A DNA stretch of 64,000 nt. Origin: an uncultured Nitrospinota bacterium. Lineage in GTDB: Bacteria > Tectomicrobia > Entotheonellia > J063 > CAVPRW01. Below the pieces are notes generated by a model. It did not search any database, was not told the DNA's origin, and saw only the letters and a program-made list of their open reading frames with translations. Both the position numbers and the translations under genes were made by a program. The DNA is taken from positions 20,135 to 84,134 of the forward strand of contig CAVPRW010000028.1 of the NCBI GenBank assembly GCA_963707985.1, in the 5' to 3' direction. Each line of letters begins with the position of its first letter. The first letter of the stretch is position 1. Below are positions 22,498 through 31,643 of this stretch, in pieces.

Positions 22498-24111
22498 TCA
22501 GTCCCGGATGCCCTTCAAGTGCTCTGCAAGACGAAGGGTTAAGGCCACGATGGTCAATGTCGGGTTAGCATACCCGGATGTGGGGAAGATTGAACTGCCA
22601 GCAATATACAAATTCCTGATCCCATGTACACGGCAATCTCTGTCGACCACCCCCGTGTGTGGATCCTCACTCATGCGTGTCGTGCCGATGTGATGCGACG
22701 CGTCGGTGTAACGGAGATAGTTCAGTTGCTGCGATGTATCATCCAGGTATCCGATGTGGGCCTTTTTGAGAGCGGAGTTTACCAACTCCTGCAGGCGTAG
22801 GAGGCTCTTCGTCTCTTCATTCCCGACTTTCCAGTCCAAGACTAGGCGATTCATCTGTAACCGGTCGCGTTCATGGCTGAGATAGACTCGGCTCTGGGGA
22901 TTAGGGGGCTGCTCGCAATAATTGACCACGATAAGCTCCGTCACCCCGCCGCTGATCGCATTCTTGATCATTTTGATCAGTCGGTATAAGAAATGTGGCA
23001 GCAGCTCTCGAGGAGCCAAGAGATAGATGAGCTCAGGAACATGGGGGAGCTTTGCACCGGATAGACTGAACCTGTTCCCCGAGTACCCCTTCCGCAGGAG
23101 GATCTTCATCGTATGCACAAATGATTGGTATGCTTGTGCCGACTGCTCCGACCAGTGACGTTCAAAGGTCAGATAATGGTTGAGTAACCCCTCGCGTTTT
23201 TGCGTCTCCTCAGAGAATTGAATGCCTACCTGAGCCATACCCTCAGCCAAGGGAAATCCCAACAGCATTGGAAATTTATAGGGTCTCGACAGTTTAACCT
23301 TGCCAAACACCGCCCGTGGGTGATCCATGAAATATCGACCAACCACATCGTACTGATTTCCGATGCCGTTCCTTTGTACACTGCGTGAGACGAGGAGCAA
23401 CCGGGCATTTTCCATGCCGCCACAGGCCAGGACGAATCGCTTGGCCCTGATGCGGAAACTCTTGCCACTTAACGATACGACATTTAACGCTTCAACAGAA
23501 GTGCCGGCATAATTCAAAAGAATTTCTGTGACATTTGCACTCAGATATACAGACACATGGCGTGAGTGCTTCAGCTGAGATCTGTATGCTGCGCCAAATC
23601 GCAGCGGCTTCTTGGCCCACACGGAGATGTTTGGCTTCAAATCAGCATTGTCAAAGAGGGCTTTCTCCTGCTGACTCATCTGACGGCACAGTGTGATTTT
23701 CTCAAATCTCTCAACTGATGGTAGCCGCAGGATGTTCTCTGCTAGCCCATAGTAACGATCCAGTTCCGCATAGGCAATCGGCCAGCCACTCTGCGGAATC
23801 CACTCCCGTGGCATGACATCCAACTCGGTGAGCTTCATGCTCCTGCCAGCCCACAAGTTGCAGCTCCCGCCAAAATATCGAGCCCGGGACATGAAATTCT
23901 CCCGCACCGGGTAACCAGCGATTTCAAGGTCATAGAGCGATTGGGTTTCCTCGTCAGGGCCGTAGCTCCCGCTTTCGATGAGGCAAACGGTAGACGAAGA
24001 CCCATCTAATGCAGTCGCCAGCGTAATCCCCGCCGCGCCAGAACCCACAATGCAGATATCGGCACTGATCACAGAATTCGATTCGAGATCATGAACATCA
24101 ATCAGAGGCAT
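22498..24111 (-). CDS. GMC family flavoprotein oxidoreductase
   Basis: DICIVGSGAAG; ACGGMENARLLL; HHIGTTRM; ANPTLTIVAL. Confidence 0.92.
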   Translation of the reverse strand: MPLIDVHDLESNSVISADICIVGSGAAGITLATALDGSSSTVCLIESGSYGPDEETQSLYDLEIAGYPVRENFMSRARYFGGSCNLWAGRSMKLTELDVMPREWIPQSGWPIAYAELDRYYGLAENILRLPSVERFEKITLCRQMSQQEKALFDNADLKPNISVWAKKPLRFGAAYRSQLKHSRHVSVYLSANVTEILLNYAGTSVEALNVVSLSGKSFRIRAKRFVLACGGMENARLLLVSRSVQRNGIGNQYDVVGRYFMDHPRAVFGKVKLSRPYKFPMLLGFPLAEGMAQVGIQFSEETQKREGLLNHYLTFERHWSEQSAQAYQSFVHTMKILLRKGYSGNRFSLSGAKLPHVPELIYLLAPRELLPHFLYRLIKMIKNAISGGVTELIVVNYCEQPPNPQSRVYLSHERDRLQMNRLVLDWKVGNEETKSLLRLQELVNSALKKAHIGYLDDTSQQLNYLRYTDASHHIGTTRMSEDPHTGVVDRDCRVHGIRNLYIAGSSIFPTSGYANPTLTIVALTLRLAEHLKGIRD

Positions 24112-24491
24112 TGCGTTCCTCTCTGAGGATGTAGAGCCGGGTGTGGTGACGCTCGCACATGAATTAAGAGCAATCGTAGCATTTCCGAACGGAGTGTGAA
24201 AGATCAATAATATACTCGACTGTTGCGATTTGGGGTGTCCACATTGGGTCGCACGGGAACCATGTGTCGTTGTTTGGCAAATAACTGAGCAATGGCTTCG
24301 GAAGTCATTCGCTCTAGGGATAACGTTAGCCATAGACACCCATCCCCCTGCTGCATAGCGGCTTTTTCATTGACAAATCCTTCCAGGTTGCGCCATAAAT
24401 CAACTAGCAGCACCTTGTTGGCGTAAGGGAGTGACCCCCATCCGCCGGATCGGCTGCAGCGCTGCCATGCCTCGCATCCTAGGAGCCGTAT

Positions 24492-25331
24492 ATGGAGCCT
24501 GACGATTTCCTGCAAGCCCAGCAGGCGCGGTTGACCGAAATGCTGCGCCCATATCAGCGTGAGGTCAACCGCAGGCAGGGAATCGCCGACTTCGTCAATC
24601 GCTGTCTCCGCAGCGCCAGCCGAGATGATTTTTTTCAGCTCTACGAGCTGCTGCACAGTCGCACGGCCAACGAGGTCGAGGCGGAGCCTGGCTGGGAAGG
24701 CGCCAAAGAGGTTTTTGACCAGCTGCGTGCTGACGCCACGCAGAAAGTTGAACGCTATCAGCTCCGCTTCCGAGAGGATTTTATTCGGCTGGTGGAAGAG
24801 GCTGGGTTGCCGTTGGAGGACGACTTCCCCCGCTTGCGGTTGCTCAAGGGCATTGAGCTGGAGGTCGTGTTCGCCGAAAAGCGTACCTTACTGAATGGCA
24901 GGCCGCTCAAAACCGTCGATCCGACACGTCTCATACGCGCCATCGTAGCGCTGCAGCGCCACCTCTATGACCGCCCTTTCGACCCGCAAGGCTTCATTGA
25001 TGGCCTCTTCGGCGTATACCAAAAGGTTAACCAGGCCGCCGGTAGAGCTGACGGCGATACTGCGCCGATCCAGACGATCTATGTGGAATATACACTGTCG
25101 CTGCAATCGCGCAGCTTCTTCCAGGATATGGCCAAGGGCAAGTTTCGCGGCTATGACGCCGACCAATTCGCCGTAGACTTCTGGCGGTATTTCAGCTCTG
25201 GCGTTGCCGCCACGTCGAATGGTCATATCCTGCGCCTGAGTCCGGGCCGGAACAACGCCTTATGGCTGATCGATACCTCTGGCGAGAGGCGTCGGATCAG
25301 TGGTCTATCGTTTCAGCGGGGTGAGGTATGA
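24492..25331 (+). CDS. Hypothetical protein, first gene of a putative defence operon
   Basis: AGGAG RBS; 279 aa; stop overlaps the next start (ATGA); no recognisable domain. Confidence 0.75.
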   Translation: MEPDDFLQAQQARLTEMLRPYQREVNRRQGIADFVNRCLRSASRDDFFQLYELLHSRTANEVEAEPGWEGAKEVFDQLRADATQKVERYQLRFREDFIRLVEEAGLPLEDDFPRLRLLKGIELEVVFAEKRTLLNGRPLKTVDPTRLIRAIVALQRHLYDRPFDPQGFIDGLFGVYQKVNQAAGRADGDTAPIQTIYVEYTLSLQSRSFFQDMAKGKFRGYDADQFAVDFWRYFSSGVAATSNGHILRLSPGRNNALWLIDTSGERRRISGLSFQRGEV

Positions 25332-26632
25332 CTGCGGTAGAATCGTTGGAGCAGTTACAGCCAGTGGAGGCGCGTACCATCATCGAGCATCTTCGGCGCG
25401 GCAGCGTGCCGGTTGAGCAGGTGCCATGTTTCACGGTAGGACGGGAGCGCTGGCTGAGCATCATCGAAGACGATCTCGCCCACTACATCGGCGCGGGTGG
25501 CACCAAGGTGCGCTTCCTCAACGGCGACTATGGAGACGGCAAAACACATTTTCTGTCCATCATTCAGCACCTGGCTATACAAGAAGGCTTCGCCGTCTCC
25601 TTCGTTGTGCTGACCCGCGAGGTACCAATGCAGAAATTCGAGCTGGTCTACCGCGAGATTGTCTCCAGCCTGGCCACAGCGTCGGGGACACGAGGTCTTC
25701 GCGGTCTGATCACGCACTGGTTGGATACCCTGCAGTCGAACCTTGGCGAAGCACCGGACGAGGCCACCCGTGCAGCGCGTCTGGAGGCGCTGGCAGAGAC
25801 TCTGCGCGGCCTGGAGGGCATGGACCTGAACTTCGCCAATGGCCTGATCGCCCTGGCTCAGAATCGTTTTCGTCCGCTGGCCGGCGCGGAAACATCAGAG
25901 ACACGGGAGGCTGAGCGCTATACTCTCTACGAATGGTTCGAGGGTGGGCGCCTGAGCAAGCGCGAGCTCAGAGCATTCCAGATCTTCGACACCCTGAATA
26001 AGACCAACAGCAAGCGGTTGTTGGTCTCGCTCATCTCGTTCATACGCTACCTGGGCCATCAGGGCCTGATCCTGCTGCTGGATGAGTTGGAGACGGTGAT
26101 GACTCAATCGGCAGCGGTGCGCAACGCCGCCTACGAAAATGTGCGACTCTTCATCGACAACGCTGAACAGGCACACCATCTGCACGTCTTCTTCTCCATC
26201 ATCCCCGACGTCATCCTGGCGGACAAGGGATTCAAATCCTATGATGCGCTGTGGAGTCGCATCCGGTCCGTGGGGGAGAGCCGCCGGCTGAACTATCGCA
26301 GCATCGTCATCGACCTGCATCGCACCCCACTGGAGGGTTCCGAGCTGATCGAACTGGGCAAGCGCCTGCGCCGCATTCATGAGTGGGCGTATCGCTGGCA
26401 AGCCGAGCCCATCATGACTGACGCCTTCATCCAACAGGTGTGCGAAACGCAGCAGCGCATGGGACTCTTGCCGGAAGTGCGTTTGTTCATCAAGCAAATC
26501 GTGCGCTATCTGGACATGGCAGAGCAGGATGGTACCCTGGAGGGCGTTGACCTCACCGACCAGATTCTCGCCACTCAAAAGGAAATCGCCCAGGAGCGTA
26601 TCGAACAACCGCCCCCAAAATGGGATGCTTGA
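25328..26632 (+). CDS. DUF2791/BrxD-like P-loop ATPase (copy 1)
   Basis: IIEHLRRGSVP...VGR; Walker A GDYGDGKT; Walker B LILLLDELE; RNAAYENVRLFID. Confidence 0.85.
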   Translation: MTAVESLEQLQPVEARTIIEHLRRGSVPVEQVPCFTVGRERWLSIIEDDLAHYIGAGGTKVRFLNGDYGDGKTHFLSIIQHLAIQEGFAVSFVVLTREVPMQKFELVYREIVSSLATASGTRGLRGLITHWLDTLQSNLGEAPDEATRAARLEALAETLRGLEGMDLNFANGLIALAQNRFRPLAGAETSETREAERYTLYEWFEGGRLSKRELRAFQIFDTLNKTNSKRLLVSLISFIRYLGHQGLILLLDELETVMTQSAAVRNAAYENVRLFIDNAEQAHHLHVFFSIIPDVILADKGFKSYDALWSRIRSVGESRRLNYRSIVIDLHRTPLEGSELIELGKRLRRIHEWAYRWQAEPIMTDAFIQQVCETQQRMGLLPEVRLFIKQIVRYLDMAEQDGTLEGVDLTDQILATQKEIAQERIEQPPPKWDA

Positions 26633-27876
26633 TGGAAACCGCCACTCCGCCAGGCCTGGAGGGTTATTCCGCATTTCAGTTACGGCGTGTGCTCGAGCGC
26701 CTGCGTGAGGGCCTCTACGACCCGTTGGCGGTCCACCTGCTGACGGCCCACAGGGAGGAGCTGGATGCCCGGCTCCGTCAGGATCTGGCCAAGGTGGACG
26801 CAGGGGCCGGGGCACACCTGTGCGTCTGCGGTCCTTACGGACAGGGGAAGTCGCATACGCTGGCTTACCTGCAAGAGGCTGCCCTGCAGCAGGGCTATGC
26901 AGTGAGCGCCATCAACCTGGACCCACGGGAAGCGCCGCTACACCAGTTTCGGCAGGTCTATCGTGCCTTGCTGCAAGGGGTAACCTTCCCGGCGGTGTCT
27001 GAGAACCCTCCGGCTTACGCGTCACTCATCGACGCATGGAACGCCTGGGCCACAAGGCAGGCCCGCACCTCTAAGGATGGCGCCGGCGTGGTGGCCGCTC
27101 TCCTTCCCGCCGAGATGCCGCATGTCTTCAAAGCCATTTTGGTAGCATTAGCCCAGCCCACGCTGGAGGTGGCGCCACGGCAGCGAGGGTTTGCCCGCTA
27201 CCGCGATTTCCGGCCGGGGGAGTTCCCCTGGACACTCCGTCGCGCTCTGCAGGGGGACACCGTCCCTGCAGTTCGCCTGCGCGCCGCCCTGAAGTATCGT
27301 CAGGTGCCGTTTTACCGCGAAGCATCGCTGGCGTTGTCCAGCGATGAGCCATTCCTGCAGATGGTCCTGGCGCTGCCACAGCTCTTCCGCCGCATGGGCT
27401 ATCGCGGCTGGGTCCTGTTGTTCGATGAGGGCGAAGCCATATCCCAGGTGCGACGCCCGCAGCGCGCTCGCAGCTATCGTATCTTGCACCGCCTGCTCTG
27501 TCCTGATTCCCCATCTTTGGGCTTCTATCCCGTCTTTGCCTTCACTCCAGACTTTTTTCAACGCCTGCAGGAGGAAGACTACCGCCTGCCCGACTTCGAT
27601 GGCAATTACGCCGAGGCCTGGCGCCAGCTGTCGATCTATCAGCTCCGGACCCTATCGCAGGCGGATTGGCTAGCCCTTTGCGGCCCCCTGGTCACGGTAC
27701 ATGAGGCAGCCTATGGCTGGCATGCCGACCCGGAACGTCTGCTGTCGCGGCTCACAGCGCTCCTCCCTGCCCTGCCCCTGCAGGACCCACGCTCGACTTT
27801 CAAGTCCCTGGTCGATGAGCTCGATCATGTGCACCAACAGGAGTGGTTTGCGCAGCACACTGTACACCGCACGTGA
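26632..27876 (+). CDS. DUF2791/BrxD-like P-loop ATPase (copy 2)
   Basis: VLERLREG; Walker A GPYGQGKS; Walker B GWVLLFDEGE; TGATG coupling with the upstream stop. Confidence 0.82.
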   Translation: METATPPGLEGYSAFQLRRVLERLREGLYDPLAVHLLTAHREELDARLRQDLAKVDAGAGAHLCVCGPYGQGKSHTLAYLQEAALQQGYAVSAINLDPREAPLHQFRQVYRALLQGVTFPAVSENPPAYASLIDAWNAWATRQARTSKDGAGVVAALLPAEMPHVFKAILVALAQPTLEVAPRQRGFARYRDFRPGEFPWTLRRALQGDTVPAVRLRAALKYRQVPFYREASLALSSDEPFLQMVLALPQLFRRMGYRGWVLLFDEGEAISQVRRPQRARSYRILHRLLCPDSPSLGFYPVFAFTPDFFQRLQEEDYRLPDFDGNYAEAWRQLSIYQLRTLSQADWLALCGPLVTVHEAAYGWHADPERLLSRLTALLPALPLQDPRSTFKSLVDELDHVHQQEWFAQHTVHRT

Positions 27877-28042
27877 CCGGCGGGCACATAGGCGGTCTTC
27901 CCCGCGCCAACACGCTCGAGCCATTGCTCCAAAAACGGCCTTGCGTTACTATCACCCCATGATAGTAGAGCGATACGATCAGTCCGAGAAGCCTTTATCG
28001 TCTCCTCGTTACCATCCCGAGTTGTCATGAGGCCGACTACGG

Positions 28043-28858
28043 TTGATGAAAGGGCTTGGTTTGATAAATCCCAAGGACAAGATCATTACATCGTTACAAA
28101 CGGCCCAGGCTGAGCTGGAAAAAGCACTACAGGACCTGGCCCGACTCCCGGCCTTCGACGCCAACCGTGTGCAGTTTGCCGCTCACACGTTGACCAATTA
28201 TCTAACTGTGATCGCCGCAGGCATTGACTTGCTCCAGCTGCATTTGATCACCCACCCGGATGAGCAGACACACCGCTGGCTGGATACCCTGCGGCATGCT
28301 ACAACGCTCATGACGCATACCGTCCTGGAGTTGACGAATACCCCCACGGCTGAGCGCGCACAATTCCGTTGGGAGAAGATGGATTTACCGACCCTCGTCC
28401 AGCGGGCCCGCGACCACTACCAACGGGTGGCAGATCACAAGCAGATTACCATCAGTTTCGAGACTGACGTGCCATCGCCGTTCGTGTGGGCCGACCGCGT
28501 CGCGGTGGCGGCGGTGCTCGACAACCTGCTCTCCAACGCCGTGAAGTTTTCTCCGCCCCAGAAGCGGGTCTGGGTCCGGGTCACGGCGGAACCGACACAT
28601 CTCGTGTGTACTATACAGGACGAGGGGCCAGGGTTGAGTGCCGAAGAACAGACCAGACTGTTCCAACGCGGCGTCCGACTCAGCCCCGTACCCACGGGAG
28701 GGGAGCCGTCCAGCGGCTATGGGCTGGCCGTGGCCAAGGACTTGATCGACAAGCTCAACGGCGAGATCTGGTGCGAAAGCCGGCCTGGACAGGGTGCTTC
28801 ATTTGCCTTCCGCCTCCCAATGTATGCAGAGGAGCAACACGGTGCGGCTGCGACGTAA
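28043..28858 (+). CDS. Soluble orphan histidine kinase (HisKA + HATPase_c, no obvious sensor domain)
   Basis: H-box AAHTLTNYL; N-box DNLLSNAVKFS; DEGPG; GYGL; GQGASF. Confidence 0.88.
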   Translation: MMKGLGLINPKDKIITSLQTAQAELEKALQDLARLPAFDANRVQFAAHTLTNYLTVIAAGIDLLQLHLITHPDEQTHRWLDTLRHATTLMTHTVLELTNTPTAERAQFRWEKMDLPTLVQRARDHYQRVADHKQITISFETDVPSPFVWADRVAVAAVLDNLLSNAVKFSPPQKRVWVRVTAEPTHLVCTIQDEGPGLSAEEQTRLFQRGVRLSPVPTGGEPSSGYGLAVAKDLIDKLNGEIWCESRPGQGASFAFRLPMYAEEQHGAAAT

Positions 28859-28982
28859 TGGCACAGTCTCGACCCCATTTACAGCGTGTGGGCCCAGCCG
28901 ATGGCTGGCGTCGATGCGTGATAAAAGTGCCAGGCACCGCTCAGCGTGGAAGCCATCAGTTCAACATGCCAAGAGATAGGCT

Positions 28983-31643
28983 GTGATGACCTCTCCTCTC
29001 CTCCAGTTACCGAATACCTACCGCGCATTCTATGGTAGCTTTACCGTCCTGCGTCCCTTCCAACACCAGGTCATCTCACCCATTCTCCAGGGCCATGATC
29101 TGATATTACAAGCGGCTACCGGCAGCGGCAAAACTGAGGCGGTATTGGCCCCTTGCCTGGAACGGCTGATTGCCTCCGGCCGCGCCCATACGATCCTGTA
29201 CGTGGTGCCGACAAGGGCCCTGGCACAAGACCTGCGGCGCCGCCTGGAGCCGATCATCCATGAGCGCCTGAGCCTACATCTAGGCATACGCACCGGGGAT
29301 GTGAAGCGGTTGCCGGCAGGACACGCTGATGTGTTGCTGACAACGCCTGAGTCGCTCGACGTCATGCTCGGTAGCCCAAATCACGACATCCGGGCCTTCT
29401 TACAGCGGGTGAGCGTGCTCATCATCGATGAGGTTCACCAGTTCATCCAGGGCTATCGCGGCCGCCATCTGGCCTATCTCCTGCAGCGCCTCGAACGCCG
29501 CCGTCGCGAACGGCTGCAAAAACTCGCCCTCTCGGCCACGTTGGCGGGACCAGAAGTAATCCGCACCGTCCTGGGGTTGCAGCCGGACGCAGTGTTCATC
29601 AGCAGCCCTGTCCAACGCCAGCTCCAGCCGCATCTGGTGCACTTGCAGCGCGAGGACGAGGAGCTGGTCGTGTTCGTCGACGATCTCGTGCGGCGCTTCG
29701 GCCACCGCAAGCTGCTGCTGTTTGCCAACAGTCGTAGTCGCTGCGACCGACTTTTCGCCCTGCTACGCCAGCGGGGCTACCTGCAGCAGTCCACCTATCT
29801 GCATTACAGCAATCTCAAACCGCGCCAGCGGCAGGAGGTTGAGCGTCAATTTCAACGCCAGGCACAGGCCCTGTGTATCGCCACCAGTACCCTGGAGTTG
29901 GGTATCGATGTCGGAGATGTCGACGCCGTCATCCTGTACGAGCCGCCAGAGAGCGTCACGACGTTCGTGCAACGCCTCGGACGGGCCAACCGACAGGCGC
30001 AGACGACGACCTTCTGGGGCATCTGCCGTGGACCCCGCGCCAGCGAGCAACTCCTGCAATTTCTGGCCCTGTGCGGCCTGGCACAGCAGGGGGTGGTGGA
30101 AGCGGTGAGACCTGGTGACCTGCCGAGCGTCCTCGTGCAGCAAATCTTGTCCTGTCTGTATGAACACAAGACGCTGTCGCCCGCCACCCTCCAGGCGCTC
30201 ACCTTGCATCAGGCCGAGGCGCTGGAGATGTTGATACCAGCGCTGGAAGAGCGCCACTGGTTGCGACGCGACGCCGTGTATGCCGGGCAAGATAGCTGGC
30301 GCGGCGGCTGGCGCTATGCCGAAGCCCTGCTGGCACGTCAAATCTGGAGCAATTTCCCCGACACGGAAACCATGTACACCTTGGAGGTGGACGGTGAATC
30401 AGTAGCCGATCTTCCAGCCTCGGTCACCCGGCAACTGGCGGTAGGGGATCAGGTTGACCTGACCGGCCGACGCCTGCAGATCCTGGCCATCCAGGACGGC
30501 GAACATCGAGCGGTGCGGGCCACGCCCGTAGAGTCTCAGGAAGCCAAGGAGCTGTTCTGGATCGGCAGCGGCCCACCGGTCTCCTGGGAGGTGGCACAGG
30601 CGGTGCGGCCCCTGCTTCAGCCTCATGCCACTCTCGAAGCGGCCGTGGAGCAGGGCCTGTTTTCCCGCACCCGGGCCTTGTGGCGTCGCCAACAGCAAGG
30701 GGCTCAGCGGCAAGTGGTGCTGCACAATGACATCGAGCTGAGCCGTACCCCGCAGGGTCTCTATCGTTATGCCACGTATCTGGGATCGATGGGGAATCTC
30801 ATCCTGCACCGCACCATCGAGGCCTATTACGGGCCACGGCTCGAAGATTTCAGCTGCACCGCCGACGCCTTGGCCGTGGAATGCACACACCGCATCGACG
30901 TGCAACAGCTGCCGCTGCCGATCGGCCGGCAGGCCTTCCGGCACTGGGCTGCCCAGCATCTGCAAGCGTTGCAGGCCTTGCTGCCGCTGAACACGTTCTG
31001 TCGGGCCTTGCCGATAGCACTGCTGGTCGAGGAGGTGACCGACTGGCTGTGGGATGAGCGCCTGTCGCAGGCCTTTGCCCGTTACCGAGAGTGCACCTCG
31101 GCAATCGCCCATGGCGATCCACGGCTCCTGGAGTGGGACGATACGCTGCAGGCCCAGGCCCAGCGCCCAGTCACAACTATGCCGCTGCGTGCCGGACCAC
31201 AGCCTACGATGCTGATGCAAGAGAAAGCGCTTCTGGGTCTGACGGCTGATACCGGACCGCTACTGCCAGTGGTACCCCCAGTGCACCAGACGCCACGTGC
31301 GTTGACCGGCACTATGCTCGGCAACTACATCCAGCATCGGCAGTGTGATCGACTGCTCAGCTTCGATTTCCTGCCCTTCGCACAGCAGCCAGCGAAGCGT
31401 GCGTTGGTGGATAGCGCATTGGGCGCGGCGCGGGCCGAGCGCGGGAGGACATTCGAAGACCAGGCGCTGACCTGGCTGCAGCAGGAGGGCGTGCCACTCT
31501 ATTGCATTGCGGAGCGGGATGTCGCTGGCCGGCGCTTTTCCTTGCAAGAACGCCAAGTGCAGAGTTTTGAGGCGCTCACGAAGCTCGTCGACACGTGTGC
31601 GGCGTCTTTCCTCACCTCACCCGTTTGCCCAGGAGGAGCATGA
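28983..31643 (+). CDS. Lhr-like SF2 DEAD/H helicase with the N-terminal part of a PD-(D/E)XK nuclease; likely one gene with 31507-35040
   Basis: ATGSGKT; TTPESL; DEVH; SAT; TSTLELGID; QRLGRANR; C-terminal LTGTMLGNYIQHRQCDRLL...RGRTFE. Confidence 0.88.
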   Translation: MMTSPLLQLPNTYRAFYGSFTVLRPFQHQVISPILQGHDLILQAATGSGKTEAVLAPCLERLIASGRAHTILYVVPTRALAQDLRRRLEPIIHERLSLHLGIRTGDVKRLPAGHADVLLTTPESLDVMLGSPNHDIRAFLQRVSVLIIDEVHQFIQGYRGRHLAYLLQRLERRRRERLQKLALSATLAGPEVIRTVLGLQPDAVFISSPVQRQLQPHLVHLQREDEELVVFVDDLVRRFGHRKLLLFANSRSRCDRLFALLRQRGYLQQSTYLHYSNLKPRQRQEVERQFQRQAQALCIATSTLELGIDVGDVDAVILYEPPESVTTFVQRLGRANRQAQTTTFWGICRGPRASEQLLQFLALCGLAQQGVVEAVRPGDLPSVLVQQILSCLYEHKTLSPATLQALTLHQAEALEMLIPALEERHWLRRDAVYAGQDSWRGGWRYAEALLARQIWSNFPDTETMYTLEVDGESVADLPASVTRQLAVGDQVDLTGRRLQILAIQDGEHRAVRATPVESQEAKELFWIGSGPPVSWEVAQAVRPLLQPHATLEAAVEQGLFSRTRALWRRQQQGAQRQVVLHNDIELSRTPQGLYRYATYLGSMGNLILHRTIEAYYGPRLEDFSCTADALAVECTHRIDVQQLPLPIGRQAFRHWAAQHLQALQALLPLNTFCRALPIALLVEEVTDWLWDERLSQAFARYRECTSAIAHGDPRLLEWDDTLQAQAQRPVTTMPLRAGPQPTMLMQEKALLGLTADTGPLLPVVPPVHQTPRALTGTMLGNYIQHRQCDRLLSFDFLPFAQQPAKRALVDSALGAARAERGRTFEDQALTWLQQEGVPLYCIAERDVAGRRFSLQERQVQSFEALTKLVDTCAASFLTSPVCPGGA

